DNA of 64,000 nt from Vicugna vicugna (lineage: Eukaryota), in assembly GCA_013265495.1 (NCBI GenBank), contig MU058257.1:503418-567417 (forward strand), given 5' to 3'. The notes below the pieces were generated by a model. That model worked only from the letters and a program-made list of their open reading frames with translations, was not told the DNA's origin and did not search any database. Of this stretch, positions 49,132 to 62,123 are shown piece by piece. Numbering within the stretch: the first letter of the stretch is position 1; each line of letters starts with the position of its first letter. Both the position numbers and the translations under genes were made by a program.

Positions 49132-49930
49132 TCAGTGCTATGGCTTTTCAAATGAAGAAAAGAGATGGTGACAAACAGAAGTGCAATAATCTCCAGTGTA
49201 CAAAGTGCTCTATTTAATCACCTCCACGTTTATGATCTGGTTTAACTCTCACAGCTATCCCATGAAATAGGAATTATTTTTCACATTTTCCAAAACAGGA
49301 AAATGGATCTATGAGAGTTCCAGGACCTACCCCAAATTACACAGCTAGAGAGTAATCAGAACAAGATCTTAGCTGCTTAGTTCCAAATGGTTCCTTCTTT
49401 CCCATTACGTAACACTGCTGAAAATTTCCCAACTTTATAAATATCTGACAAGGCTAAATGTCTCAGAGGTCAGAGACTGAAATGACTGATGCAACTGTGT
49501 GCTTGTGATTTTCAGTTAACAAGACTTTAAAATTTCACGTACTGTATGATTTTGATGTAAGATCCTTGCAGCAATGTATTAGCATTTGAAGCCCATGTAG
49601 TTACATGTAGATGTTCTCTGTCTACTTTGAAACGACAGGAATCGAGACAGAGAATAGGAAAACTTACATTACTCGGGAGTTAACTTCCAAGAAGAAAGTA
49701 TTTTGTGAGTAATCGTGATGATTGGACTTTAGCATTTCTAATTGTTTTGCAAATTTACGATGCTCCCAAGTAATGAAGGGTAACATGGTGGCCGGCAGAT
49801 TGGATCTCAAGTAATGAGACTGGTTCCAGAGCAACAATGGCCAACTCAGTCCCATCTGGGATGAGTCCTGTTTGCTTTCTGGGCTCTGATTTTGATAAGT
49901 CAAGGTCATTCCACTCAGCCTATGTTCTCT

Positions 49931-49933
<3 letters not shown>

Positions 49934-49969
<36 letters not shown>
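49934..49969. repeat. (AC)n microsatellite, about 18 perfect units
   Basis: Directly visible. Confidence 0.95.
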
Positions 49970-49971
<2 letters not shown>

Positions 49972-50262
49972 CTTCCAGAAGGGCACTGCTTTCTGTAGTG
50001 CAGGACACAACAAATGAATTATTGCTATTCGAGGTTCTCATTATGAGATGACAAAGAGAAGGCATGCACCTGTTCATGGCTTTGACTGAAGAAGTGAAGG
50101 TATACATAGTCCTCACACACCTTGGCACTGGGCATAATGCTGAAAGAGCAGAAAGGAAGTGAGTGAGCTGAACTCTACCTGGCCTCCAGACGTGCGGAGA
50201 AAGTATGTGTATGAATGGTAGAATTAGCTGTGGAATTCACTGAAGGTCTCCGTCAATCAATG

Positions 50263-50900
50263 ACCGCTCCTGAGCATGTATCCAGAGGGAACTTGAATTC
50301 AAAAAGACTCATGCACCCCAATGCTCACAGCAGCACTATTTATAATAGCCAAGACACGGAAACAACCTAAATGTCCATCAACAGATGACTGGATAAAGAA
50401 GCTGTGGTATATTTATACAGTGGAACACTACTCAACTATAAAAAATAATAAAAAATGCCATTTGCAGTAACATGGATGGACCTGGAGATCATCATTCTAA
50501 GTGAAGTGAGACAGAAAGAGAAAGAAAAATAACATATGATATCACTCATATGTAGAATTTAAAAAAAATACACAAATGAACTTATTTACAAAACAGAAAC
50601 AGACTCACAGACACAGTTAACAAACTTACGGTTACCACTGGGGGAAGTGGGTGGGAAGGAATGAATTGGGAGATGGAGATTTGCAGATACTAACTACTAT
50701 ATATAAAATAGATAAATAACATGTTTCTACTGTTTAGCACAGGGAACTACACTCAATAACTTGTAGTAACCTATAATGGAAAAGAATATGAAAAGGAATG
50801 TATATGTGTCTATGTATGACTGAAACATTATGCTGTGCACCAGAAATTGATGCAAAATTGTAAACTGACTATACTTTAACAAATTTTTTTTAATTGAAAG
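50263..50900 (+). mobile_element. LINE-1, 5'-truncated (ORF2 end plus 3' UTR)
   Basis: 'catgcaccccaatgctcacagcagcactatttataatagccaagacacggaaacaacctaaatgtccatcaacagatgactggataaagaag' followed by the 3' UTR. Confidence 0.93.
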
Positions 50901-53900
50901 GGAAAAACCCCCCCAATAAACAGCTTTCCCTTGTGGGTGCGGAACATCACGTTCACGGGAGACACATCAGAAGACAGACTTCTTCCCCCAAGGACTGTGT
51001 CATCTAGCTGAGGACATTTCAAGATATCAGGAGCAGTCAGTGACCTGTCCCCAGTTAATGCTGCTTGAATCCTTGCTTTAGGAACTCACGGGACAGAAAG
51101 AGCAATCCCAACTGGGGGGTGGGCGGGCAGACTCAGGCAAACAGAGCTAAAGGGTAGTCCTGAGCTGGAACCGACAATGGAGGGGAAATCAAGTGAGTTT
51201 GGTTTCGGGGACTGGAAAGGAAAAGTTCACAGGGAGAAATAAAAGTCTGGGGTATTAGGATGAAACCTGTTTGTGAGCGGGGCTGAAAATCTTCCATTCG
51301 TGATGTAGATGACAAAGCGTCACCAGCTACCTTTGAGGGGCAGGTGCTGGGCTAAGGTGATGCACCAGAATGGCTGAGCTGGTGGAGGGGGGCAAGGGGC
51401 GGGGCCAGGGACTGGGGGTCAGGCAGGGGGCTGGGAGGTGTAGCAATTCCAGACCACTTCTGCCTCATTCTTATTAACCGAGCTGGAGATCTGACTGTGC
51501 CCCAGGTGTCTCAGCACAGCGGCAAGGGACCAAACCATGGAGAAACCTGGAGAGACAACTGGTGGTTCAGCCCTCATGTGGGAAGATGAGCTTGGGTGAA
51601 GGGTGAACTGGAGAGAGCGAGGGTTACAGGCTAAAAAAGGGGACAGGGGATGCGAGCAAATTCCTGGTTGTACCCTCTTCCCTTCTCTGAAAGGATCCCT
51701 GCCACTCCACTGCTATCATGAGCACAAAAGCCAGCCGGACATGGCAAGATCAGGTTGCCCCCGGGAGGCTCAGAAGCCCAGCAAGGATGGGAGGGCAGTA
51801 GGTAAGAGCAGTTGAGGTTGGCAGGTCTGGAAATGTCCACACCTCCCCGCAAGGGCAAGGCCATTATCAAAGTGGAGCAGGTCCTTACAGACCTGGCGTG
51901 CCAACGCCTATTTCCTGTTTTTGTTTTGTTTAATGAGGTGCTCTGGTTACCTAAGCTATAACCAATGGGCAAAGCTGAGTGCCAGGCACACAGGACCTCT
52001 CTGCACTATGTATGCAGCATCCTGTGAATCTACAATTATTTCAAAATGGAAAGTTAAAAAAAATCCACTTATTATTCTAGAAGCTCTCTGACTTGAGCCC
52101 ATTCCCAATAGGACAGAAGCGAGATCTGAGGTTTCCATCTCCTTTAGGTAGAGGTACCAGCTGAAGCAAATGTTAGTCTGAAGAGGATAAAAGATAAAGT
52201 CACAGGGGAAATGGTCAGGGATGTGAGGACTTCAAGGATCACGGAAGAGAGAAAACCAGGGGGGGCACTCCCCCGGGGGAGGCAGGATGACACACGGAAC
52301 AGATCAAGAATGTAAAATGGGCACAATCAACGTCAACAGAGAGATGCGGGAGAGGATGGGAAAGCGCCACGGGACCAAGCAGTTATAAAGCAGCAGCAGC
52401 TTGAAGTACTGACTTTGAAAACACAATTGTTGAAATAAGAGATTTAGCGGATGGTGGAACAGCAGAACTGACACAGCTGAAGGAAAAGGAAGATGAAAGA
52501 CTGACTCAAAGAACTTCCCTAGAAGCACTGGGAAGAGATAAATCGAAAGACTGAGAGACGAGCTAAGCTGCAGGGAAGCAGACACAGGGGCACCGACATC
52601 CTGGTAAAAAGAGACTCGGAAACAGCGGGAAGGCAGATGGAGGAGGTGAGATGCTTGAAGGCATATTGACAAATATTTTCTAAAGTTAAAATGGTCAATC
52701 TGGAGTAAAACTCAGGAAGCCTACCTCCTCAGCCTGGGCTTTTAGCGACTGACTTTCTGCCTGGACCACCAATGGGCAACTCTGATAGAAGAGAACTCAG
52801 CACGGCTGATGGTGAAGGTAGGTGATCGCCTCCCTGCACCAGCCACACCCGATGTAGCGTGTTGTAGATGAAGTCTGACCTACGACAGCAGTGCCAGTTA
52901 CATCTCAGAGTCACCGAGGAGGGGAAGAAACGAACCACTCCAGGGCAGGAAATAAGAGCTACTTCTTAAAAGGTTTGACCTGGAAGTCATTTCTTGAGGG
53001 GTTTAGTCTGGCAAGAGGTTGGAAAACATTTGCTAAGTCACTGTGAAAACTTCAGCCCACAATGGTCATCTACATACAATCAACACCCAGCTATTTCCTC
53101 CCCCAGCCAAAAAAGAAAAAAAAAATTAAAAAATTAAAAATAAAAAACCAAAACCCAGCCATTTCTAAATATCTGTCTTAAGTATGTTACTAGATTACTG
53201 ATTTTTATCGCTGTCTCTTTTCATCTGAAAAAAAAATGGGCACACATACAGATTTGTCCAGCGGTGCGAAATCAGAATCAGTGGGGCTCAGTTTGGGTAT
53301 TTCCAGTAATGTTTAGTCACATTTGAAATCCCCCAAAGGCAGCCTCTCCCCCTAAATCAGTGGTTGGCGAGTCATGACATATTCATTTACTGCATCAGAG
53401 TATGTGGCAGAAAATCCTGCCAAGTCCCCATTGCAAAATACACAACCGTGTGTGTGCAAATGATGGGTGGAGCTTAACAAGAACATTAAAAAAAAGTGAT
53501 GAAGGCTCAAGCAAAGTTGACTTGAGGTTCTTGTTCTTCACGTGGAACATGTGGCAGGATGCCTGGAGGAGGCCTGATGGACCTTGCTTGTCTCTTCTGC
53601 TGCTTAGGGACTCTGTGTCCATGGAAACACCTGACCCTTGACTAAGGATTTTAAAAGCGTATTTACACTCATTGCTTCTTTTGCCTTCTCAGCAGTCCTG
53701 GATTTCTTTCACATTAACACTTAGAGGTGTAGGGTTTCAAAGCTGGGGATCCTAGAAAAGTCCTCTCATTTTTGTGGGTGAAAAAAGGGATGCAGCAAAG
53801 ATAAATCACGTGTCTGACTTCACAAGGGTGGGTGGTGGTCGAGACAGAACTTACACCTACAGAATCTGAACCCTTCCACTGATGCCTTCTCAAATCATGG

Positions 53901-55437
53901 CTTTCACGTCCTCAGGGGCACTGTGGGAGGGAGTGTGTGGAGAGCGGGTGCTTGGGCAGAGGGAAAGTTCCCGATCAGTTCAGTGAAACAAAACCTGGGG
54001 GCCTGGTGTCCACAGGGCACTGTCATAGGCACTAGGGTGTCACCCATCCTGGAGGAGCTCTGGTCTCCTCGCCCTCTTCCTGGCGTGGTGCTCTGGCTCT
54101 GTTCCCCTGCATGAACCAGTGGGGCCGCTAGCATTACCCTGACCAGTTATCCTGCAATCCAGGAGCTTCTTGAGGGCAGGGGTTCAGCCTTCTTCCCAGG
54201 GGTCCCCCAGCACTGAGGGCTCCTCGGCTGAGGAAGGTCCCCAGTGTCAGACGCAGCAGGGGAGGGGGAGGGGAGAGGAAAGGGGACAGAGATCGCCAGT
54301 AATGGGCCAGGGTGACTCAGAGCACACGCTTTCCCAGAAGCCTGCTTGTCCTTGGCGGATGTCCATACCTTTCCTCAAGCTGCGGACTTTTTGCCCCTAG
54401 AGGATTCTGCAACTCTCTCCAGAAGTGATGGGAAAACATCGCCACTGCCCCCAGGTGTAGTGCGACCAGCTCCACAGAGCTGAGCTAAGAAAAGGAGGGT
54501 GCTCTGTTTAATGCCAGCGTCTCCTATCGCAGGCTAACCCCGTTCAAGGACAGGCGTTCCTGCTGAGGCACCGAGAGACCAGAGAAGGGCCAGGGGTCAG
54601 CTTCTGGCTCCCCGAGGGGGTGGGCGGGGACACGAGGGCACATGTGAACGTCACCTCTGCCGCCTCCTCCATATTGTGGCCAAGAAAGACTCATGAAGGG
54701 CCCCCGGCTGCACTTGCCAAAAACAAGGTCTAAGGGCAATTTGAGCACCTCTTAGGGACAGAGGTTCCACCTGGTCTCGTTGGAAAAAATACAAAAGGTG
54801 GTTGTGTCGCTTTATTCAGCAGAGAGAATGAAATAAATGTTTAATTTTGTTTTTCAGTGAACCATGCCCACGATCTATTTTTCTGGTGGCAAAACATCAA
54901 ACATTGCTCAGGAATTATAAATAGCAGGCGGATCAGCCTGTGGCACCGCCTTACACAGCCCCTTTCAGTCCCAGGAACATGCCCGGCGCACCTGCTCCAG
55001 TGAAACGCGCCGATTTCTGCGCTGAGCAGTGCCTCCTCCCCCGGTTCCAAGTGGGCCATGCCGCCTTCCTTCTCTCCCTGTTACCCATCCTACTCCTATT
55101 CCAGTAGCTTACGTTTCCCTGTGCATTAGACATGCATCCGGTGACTTTCCGTCTGCTTTCTTTTGCTGGGGCAGCGTCTGGAAATGTACTCGGGCAGAGG
55201 CTGAACAGCCACATGGAAGCCTCCCGCTCTCCAGCTGAGCCAAGGGATGGGCATCTCAGGGGCTTCCTCCAGGAATAAAGCTCACAGCCAGTTTTCCCAC
55301 TAAAGCATAATTCAGGACTGAATTTATAATGGAGAAATAATTTGTATCTGGTGAATAAAATAATATCATAACTGGGCTGGACTCCACCCAATTTTTTTTT
55401 TCTTTCGTATTCTTTGTGTTAAAAGGCAGAATGTGGG

Positions 55438-55550
55438 AGGAGGGGGCAGGGAGCCCAGTAGTAGAGCGCATGCTTAGCATGCATGAGGTCCTGGGTTCAA
55501 TCCCCAGTTCCTCCATTAAAAAAAACGAACAAAATAGTTAAAAGAAAAAA
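55438..55550 (+). mobile_element. tRNA-derived SINE (Vic-1-like), short form
   Basis: 'gtagagcgcatgcttagcatgcatgaggtcctgggttcaatccccagttcctccatt'. TSD-like aaaaggcagaatg / aaaaggcattatg. Confidence 0.88.
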
Positions 55551-55894
55551 AGGCATTATGCAGGGGGAAAAAATCTTGTAAAAGTCAGCACAAGAACTCT
55601 GATTTGTTCACTAGGTGGGCTGACATGGGATGCCAGGTTTTGGCGATTAGGTACAGAGGTTTCCAATCTGTTCAGGTTCTGCTGTTTAGAATTGGTTTGG
55701 AAACGGTTTCAACCAAATCATCTGAGAGGAGCATGGGGAGGGGAATGATTCGTGTGTAAAGAAAATGGCTAAGCCCAAGCTGAGTGTGTTCTGTGCTCAG
55801 CGCACCTTTGTCACCCAAACGATGATGGCCTGAGCCTCCGCGTATGCTTTATCCTCCCAAGACTCAGCCGGTCCCCCGCTGCTGCTGTGTGCTA

Positions 55895-56737
55895 TTTTTT
55901 CTTAAATTGAAGTGTAGATGATTTACAATGTTATGCTGGTTTCTGTTCGCAGCATAGTGATTCAGTTATACATACATATATATACTCTTTTTCATTATAG
56001 GCTATTACAAGACATTGAATACAGTTCCCTGTGCTCTACAGGAGGACCTTGTTGTTTATCTATTTTATATACAGTAGTTTGTATCTGCTAATCCCAAACT
56101 CCTAATTTTTCTTCCCCTCTCCTTCCCCTTTGGTAACCATAAATTGTTTTCTATGTCTGTGTTTCTGGTTTGTAAATAAGTTCATTTGTGTCATTTTTTT
56201 TAAGATTCCACATATAAGTGATACTAGTTGATATTTGTCTTTTTCTTTACTTAGTATGATAATCTCTAGGTCCATCCATGTTGCTGCAAATGGCATTATT
56301 TCATTGTTCTTTATGGCTGACTAATATCCCATTGTGTGTGTGTGTATCTATATATATCTATATATATCTCTCATCTTTATCTATTCATCTGTCAATGGAC
56401 ATTTAGGTTGCTTCCATGTCTTGGCTATTGTAAATAGTGCTGCTATGAACATTGGGGTGCAGGTGTCTTTTCAGATTAGCGTTTCCTCAGGATATATGCT
56501 CACGAGTGGGATTGCTGGATCATAGGGTAAGTCTATTTTCAGTGGTTAAAGGAGCCACCATACTGTTTTCCATAACGGCTGCACCAAATCACGTTCCCCT
56601 CAACAGTGTAGGAGGGGCCCCTTTGCTCCACACCCTCTCCAGCATTTATCGTTTGTGGACTTTCAAATGCTGTCCATTCTGCGCAGTGTGAGGCGGTGCC
56701 CACTGTAGCTCTGACCCGCGGTTCTCTGAGAGTCAGT
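55895..56737 (-). mobile_element. LINE-1, 5'-truncated
   Basis: The minus ORF reads [31 protein letters not shown]. The 3' UTR matches the 4487-5480 copy. Confidence 0.93.
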
Positions 56738-57869
56738 CTGCTGTGCTCTTCCTGGGTCCTTGAGTTCTCAAGGAGCTTCTTCTCTGAGAGCCACGGCACC
56801 ACCGCCCCTGCTGCTCGGCCGCTTCTCTGGGTCCTGATTCTTCACGGCCCCCACCTGAGTGACTTCCACCGTGGCTCTGGGACGGGTCCTTTTCCAAGGA
56901 TTGTCCATAGGCCAGCTGATGCCTGGCTAGCATGTGGCACAGGGAGAGAAGAGACATGTGTCTGCAGCCCAGTCTAAGTTCCACTCCTAAGTCCTTTGTT
57001 ACTGTCCCAGAATTGACTCTTTTTTTCAATAATTAACAAGCAAAATAGCCACTTCCCACAGAGAGAGCCCACTCCTACACACAAGTGTGTAACAGCTTGA
57101 TCTCAGTCTATTCTGGGTTACTTGTTCATTCATAACATCATTAATGACAGTTGATACCAAGTCCAAGTTGGACTGTGCCAAGCTGAGGCTGAGTACTTTC
57201 AGGGATTCTGTTCTGGTAGGAAGAATGTTCTGGTAAGAAACACAGTTTCCTTCTATCTTCTGCTAGGTCTCCAATCTAGATTGTCCACAATTTCCAGAAC
57301 ACAATCAGCAATGTGCACACTGCTCTGTGAACTCGCACAGAACTGAGGGGCGTCCTTAGTACCCCTCCCTCAGTATCCCCGACATCACCCCCTCCTAAGG
57401 CAAGAAATTCTTGAACGGCTTTGGATCAATTAATTCTAGCAATATTTCAGTTCTTCAAACAAATTACCTTCTCAGTGTTTAAAAGTGCGTTCAGGCCAAT
57501 GGTTACGTCCAAGTACTTGGAAAAATAATACAGTAGCCAATTTTAGAACCCTCAAATTAAAGGAGCACTTAGAGATTTTTTTTAAAACAAGGGCCAATCT
57601 TGAAAAAGTTGAATGTACATCTCCAAACTCTGTGCATACAGACTCTTTGTAGCTTAGAAAAGTTCCCTTTTCTAAATTCTAACCACCGAGTCTCAGAACA
57701 TAAAATAATACAAACTTTGAGAAATCACTACGCTTAAGAAGAGAAAAACTTCCATGTAGGTTGTTAAACATCTTTTTTCTATTTGGGTTAGTTGGGGACT
57801 CTGAATTAAAAGCAAAGGAATCAGAGCTAAGGGGTTAGGGTGTAGGGGTGAATTGGGAGGAAAACCTAA

Positions 57870-58085
57870 ACGTGCACTGAGCTCTGGCTGTGTTCAGCAC
57901 TGTGCCAGGTAATTTACACATGATATTTTATTCTAATCCTCAACCACCCTGTGATGTAGCCATGATTATATCCCTTTGATGATGGGAATAAAATAAAGAC
58001 TCAGGGACATTAAATAGCTTGTCATATAGCTTGTTTGTAGGTGTGGAGCTTGGATGCAACCAGTTCTGTAAGATTCCAAATCCCT
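57870..58085 (-). mobile_element. MIR SINE
   Basis: 'ttctaatcctcaaccaccctgtgatgtagccatgattatatccc...gactcagggacattaaatagcttgtc...gtggagcttggatgcaacc'. Confidence 0.7.
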
Positions 58086-60141
58086 CATCTTTCCATGACC
58101 AATTCCAACTTAGAGAGTATGTTCATCAAACTATGGAAGCCTGGTGGGACTCCTTTCTCCATTCTGGACCTTTGCAAACACTTTGTTGGACCGAACAAAT
58201 ACGACCCTGTACTTTGGCCAATTAAGACTTAAGTAATTTATTCATTTTGAGTTCTTAGTATGTGCTAGACACTGTGGGAATTGGAGGCATGGAAGCCAGT
58301 GTTGGTGGGGAAGTCATTTCAACACAAGGCACTTCTAACCATCCTCAAATCACACTTCATCCCCGGCTGCTGGTCCCACCTCACCAGTCGCCCTCAGAGA
58401 AGACAGAGGGTAGGCTCCTTGGGTCTTTGGGGCGTTGAGAGCTTGACTGTTCAGAAGATTCACCCCTGGAATTATCTGCTGTTTCCCGCACTCTCACCAT
58501 CTTTCTGTAACTCTGTGTAATTGACTGTGGAGTTTCAGTCGAAGCTGGGCACCTGTCTAGTAAGGGGAAAACAGTCATGGATAAGAGCAGGGCAAGATTT
58601 ACGAGGCTTTCAGGAAACTTACAGGAAAATCCCCTAAAAAGTCATCATTTGTCATTCTCAGTATTGACTTGTTAAAAGTGAATCTCATTACCTTTGTTTC
58701 ATCAGGCATATTTATGGAAAATGTTTATTTATTAATGAATTTTCCTAAAGCAAATGTACCAGACGCAGGAGGGCAGGTCATAATCACTTAGCTCTGTGGC
58801 TGTGGACATTCATTACTGGCCTTTAGAGACTGCTCAGAAATGAAGAGTTCCAGGAAAGCAACCCTAGAGCATTCAGTTCCTAAGATGCATGCATCCCATG
58901 AATCATTGATTCACAGGATAAAGAAGCAGACATATTTCTGAGTCTGTCTGTGGTCGAGAATAATCCACCACAGCGTCCTTCCCAGAATTGTCCAGAACAA
59001 TGTCCTTTTCCTTCCGAGAGTCACACGTGGCTCTGCGGCCGTGGTACCAACAGGAGGGCGCACTGTCCGGTTCGCCTCAGAAGCTGCTCTCCATTGGCCC
59101 GTCAGGTCACGGGAGAGCGTGGAGGACGCCCACTCTGTGACCCTCTTTCTGGGGCCTGTGTACTTCCTGCTGCTTCTACTCTTGCAGGTGTTGGTGGGCA
59201 TCCCTGGGGTCTGTAAGTGACACCTGGTGAAGCAGGTGGCATCACCCATGAGACCCAGTCACATAAGCAGAGACGGTCACACGAGGGAGAGCTCTGCCAG
59301 CCATTTCTTCACCAGCCTCTTTATTCTACAGATTTGGAAACTGAAGCCCGGAAAGGGTCGCTGACTTGTGCGTGGTCACCTGATAGTTACCAGGAAAGCT
59401 GAGACACCGACCTGGGGCTTCTCCCCATTCCGTCCTGCGCTGGGGGATTTTAGGGACTCCATCCAATCCAAGTCTCCACGTGGCAGAGAAGCAACCACAT
59501 GCTGAGTCTGAAGGCCTGAGCGCACGCCAGGCACCTGCAGGGGTGGGTCAGTGACACTTACCATCAGAAATCCCAGGGAGGGAAGAACACGAGTTTGAAC
59601 AAAAGAGATCCAGCGGGAGTCACAGGGTGTCCTGCAACAAGGTCGAGGCAGGGCAGGGACGACGGGATACTCCCACGAGGCCATGTGTTTCTGTGTGCGG
59701 GTCCCTGAGACCGGCCCCTCCCTTTATTAAGCTCTGACAAGCCAGCAGTTTGCCTTCCCCTCAGCCACCTCTCACAGCCTTGGACACTGAAGAAGGCGCA
59801 AGAGGAGCAACACGGGCGCCTCGGCTGAATTTACCCAGCAGACAGATTTCTCGATGTTGGCTCCAATACTATTTAAAGTATTTTGAGACAATATTTAAAA
59901 ACTGATGGCCTCATATGAAAACCTGAATTTAGGGTGTGTCTCTTTAAACAAAAAATCAGATCATTTGACTGCAATGGGCCCCAGGTCCCCCTGGGCGGGA
60001 TGGTTAGGGTCTGGGCCCCGTGGACCAGCCCTGCATTCTCTTCCGGGGGGCTGGCCACACATCTCCATGGGTTTATAACCCTTACTGAAGAGGAAATAAT
60101 AAAAGCCTTTGAATTGCAAATCCACCAGAATTCATTTATTC

Positions 60142-60239
60142 CTTTTTTTTTTTTTTAAAGAGTGAAAGATTTATTTAGGGGGATACACACTCCATAGACT
60201 GAGTGCGGCCCATCTCAGCAAGAGAGAGGTGAGAGGCCT
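60142..60239 (-). mobile_element. Polyadenylated, TSD-flanked retrocopy of an ERV-LTR-like 3' end, inside an L2 remnant
   Basis: Minus strand reads '...gagatgggccgcactcagtctatggagtgtgtatccccctaAATAAAtctttcactcttt' plus A14. Flanked by atttattc (60134-60141 / 60240-60247). Confidence 0.7.
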
Positions 60240-60704
60240 ATTTATTCTTTTATCCACTTACTCACAAATATTTATTGACCCCTAATGCTATGCCGGAGCC
60301 CGTTCTAGTACCAGAGGTAGCAGCACAGAGCAGATAGCCAAGGTTCCCATGACGGAACTGACAGTCTAGGAGGAGAGAGCGTGAAACAAAGAGCAATCAC
60401 ATAGGAGCAGCAGAAGGTGCTGACCTGTGCTCCTCAGAGAATTAGAACTGGGCCATCTGATAGTGACTCCAGGGAGGAAGCCAGGAAGGCTTCTCGGAGG
60501 AGGTGGTGTTTGCGGTCTAAAGGAAGAGGAGGGGTTAACCGTGCAGTTAGCCAGGGACAGGGTTCCAGGCTGCAGACAGGGCTAGTGTAGTGGCTCTAGG
60601 CTTGATCAGGATCTGAAGGAAAGGCCCTGGTGGCCAAGAGTGGGGACAGAAAGATGGGGTGGGGATCCTGGCAGGAGTCACGTGGACTTTTGCAGCCCTG
60701 TGTA

Positions 60705-61250
60705 AAAGTGCATTTGTTTCCTGGGCTCCCATGACAAGTGACCACACTTTGGTGGCTTTAAAGAACGTAGTCTCACAGTTCTGGAGGCTGGAAGCCCAAC
60801 ATCTGCTTCCAGGGCTTAAGCCCAGGTGTGGGCAGGGCTTCTCCCTCCGGAGGCTCCAGGAGACAGTCCGTTCCCTGTCTCTTCTAGCCTCTGGTGGCCG
60901 CAGGTTGGCTTTAACTTGTGGCCACAGAAACAGAACCAGAGACAAAGATGAGATGCAGGCAGCTTACTTGGGGGGTGATTCCAGAAGGCACTGGTGGGGG
61001 CCTGGGGGGCCGACACCAGGGAAGGTGGCCAGCAGAGATGTGTTAGTGAGGAGGATGTCACTATGGGCAATGGAGACTCTGTCTTCCTTCGACTGTGGGC
61101 CATCTGTCCTGGGCTGAGGGCCGCCCTGGGGCTGTGACCTCCCTGCACATCTGCTCGCCTCCGGCCAGCGGGGGGCCACAGGAAGCCTTCCGCAAGGAGC
61201 GGGCAGAGCTTGCTCTGGGAGCTGTAGGGCCGGCACACACAGGGGTGAGT
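60705..61250. mobile_element. MaLR (MLT1-type) fragment adjoining an ERVL LTR16-like fragment
   Basis: 'accacactttggtggctttaaag...tctcacagttctggaggctggaagccc' (MLT1 antisense), then 'cagaaacagaaccagagacaaagatgagatgcaggcagcttacttgggggtgattcc'. Confidence 0.6.
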
Positions 61251-62123
61251 GTGGAGGAACCACGGGCAGGAACAGATGTCTGCTGTAGTCCTCAGCGTTT
61301 TGAAGATTTCTCTTGAGTCTGTTCCCTTTTATAGTTAAAAACGAGTGGACGTAGTTCTGAAAAAATTTCCCAAAGAGACAAGTGTGAGCAAGCTTACAGA
61401 CATGCTACCAAGTAGATGGCTTCTTTCCCGCTGACATTCATCTGTGAAAACAGAGAACATTTCATTGGCCGCCAATTAGCGGTCTGACGATTCAGCGCAT
61501 GTGAGTGTGGACCTGGCGGGTTCTTACCTATTAGGTGCATCTAAGCATGTGCCTGTGAAGCAATGGGTGTCGTGAGAATGTGGAAGAGAACAAGATTTGG
61601 CCCCTTTGCTCAAGGACCTTAGAATCTATCTGGTAGGACAGAGATGCTCCAACCGTTTTCGTAACAGTCGTCACGGCACAGTTAGGCTCATGAGATGGAG
61701 CCCTCTTCCCTTCACTCACCAGGGGCTCAGCCCACAGGGCTATTCCAGGGACCCACGATGCAGGATGAGTCAGGGCAGAGGCCACTTATGCTCTCACGGA
61801 ACTCGTGTTTGCGCGTGGATTTTCTGGGCATGACTTCAGTTTGCTCACCCTCTGCCTCTCCTGCCTCATGTCCTGCCCCTTCCCTCAAGGGATCGATGCA
61901 TAAGCTACACGGACAATCCATGACCTGTGTGATCGGAGCTTTCAGAAGTTGTAATTGGCAGAGCCCAGTCAGACGGGGCCTTCGTGGTCCCTGTGCCCAG
62001 GCTCTGAGATCTAACTGCCACACTTGCTGGAGTTTGACAACATTTGTGTTAATAGACAGAAATCTTTTCACTAAAAGCGAAATATTTTCAGTGGTTTCTT
62101 TACAACATTTCCTCTTTTGACAA

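Noticed and set aside
1652..55550. tRNA genes suggested by 'gctcagtggtagag...gggttcaatcccc' motifs
   Set aside because: All have poly(A) or SINE tails, most have TSD-like flanks, and the stems are degenerate. They are SINE heads, not tRNA genes.
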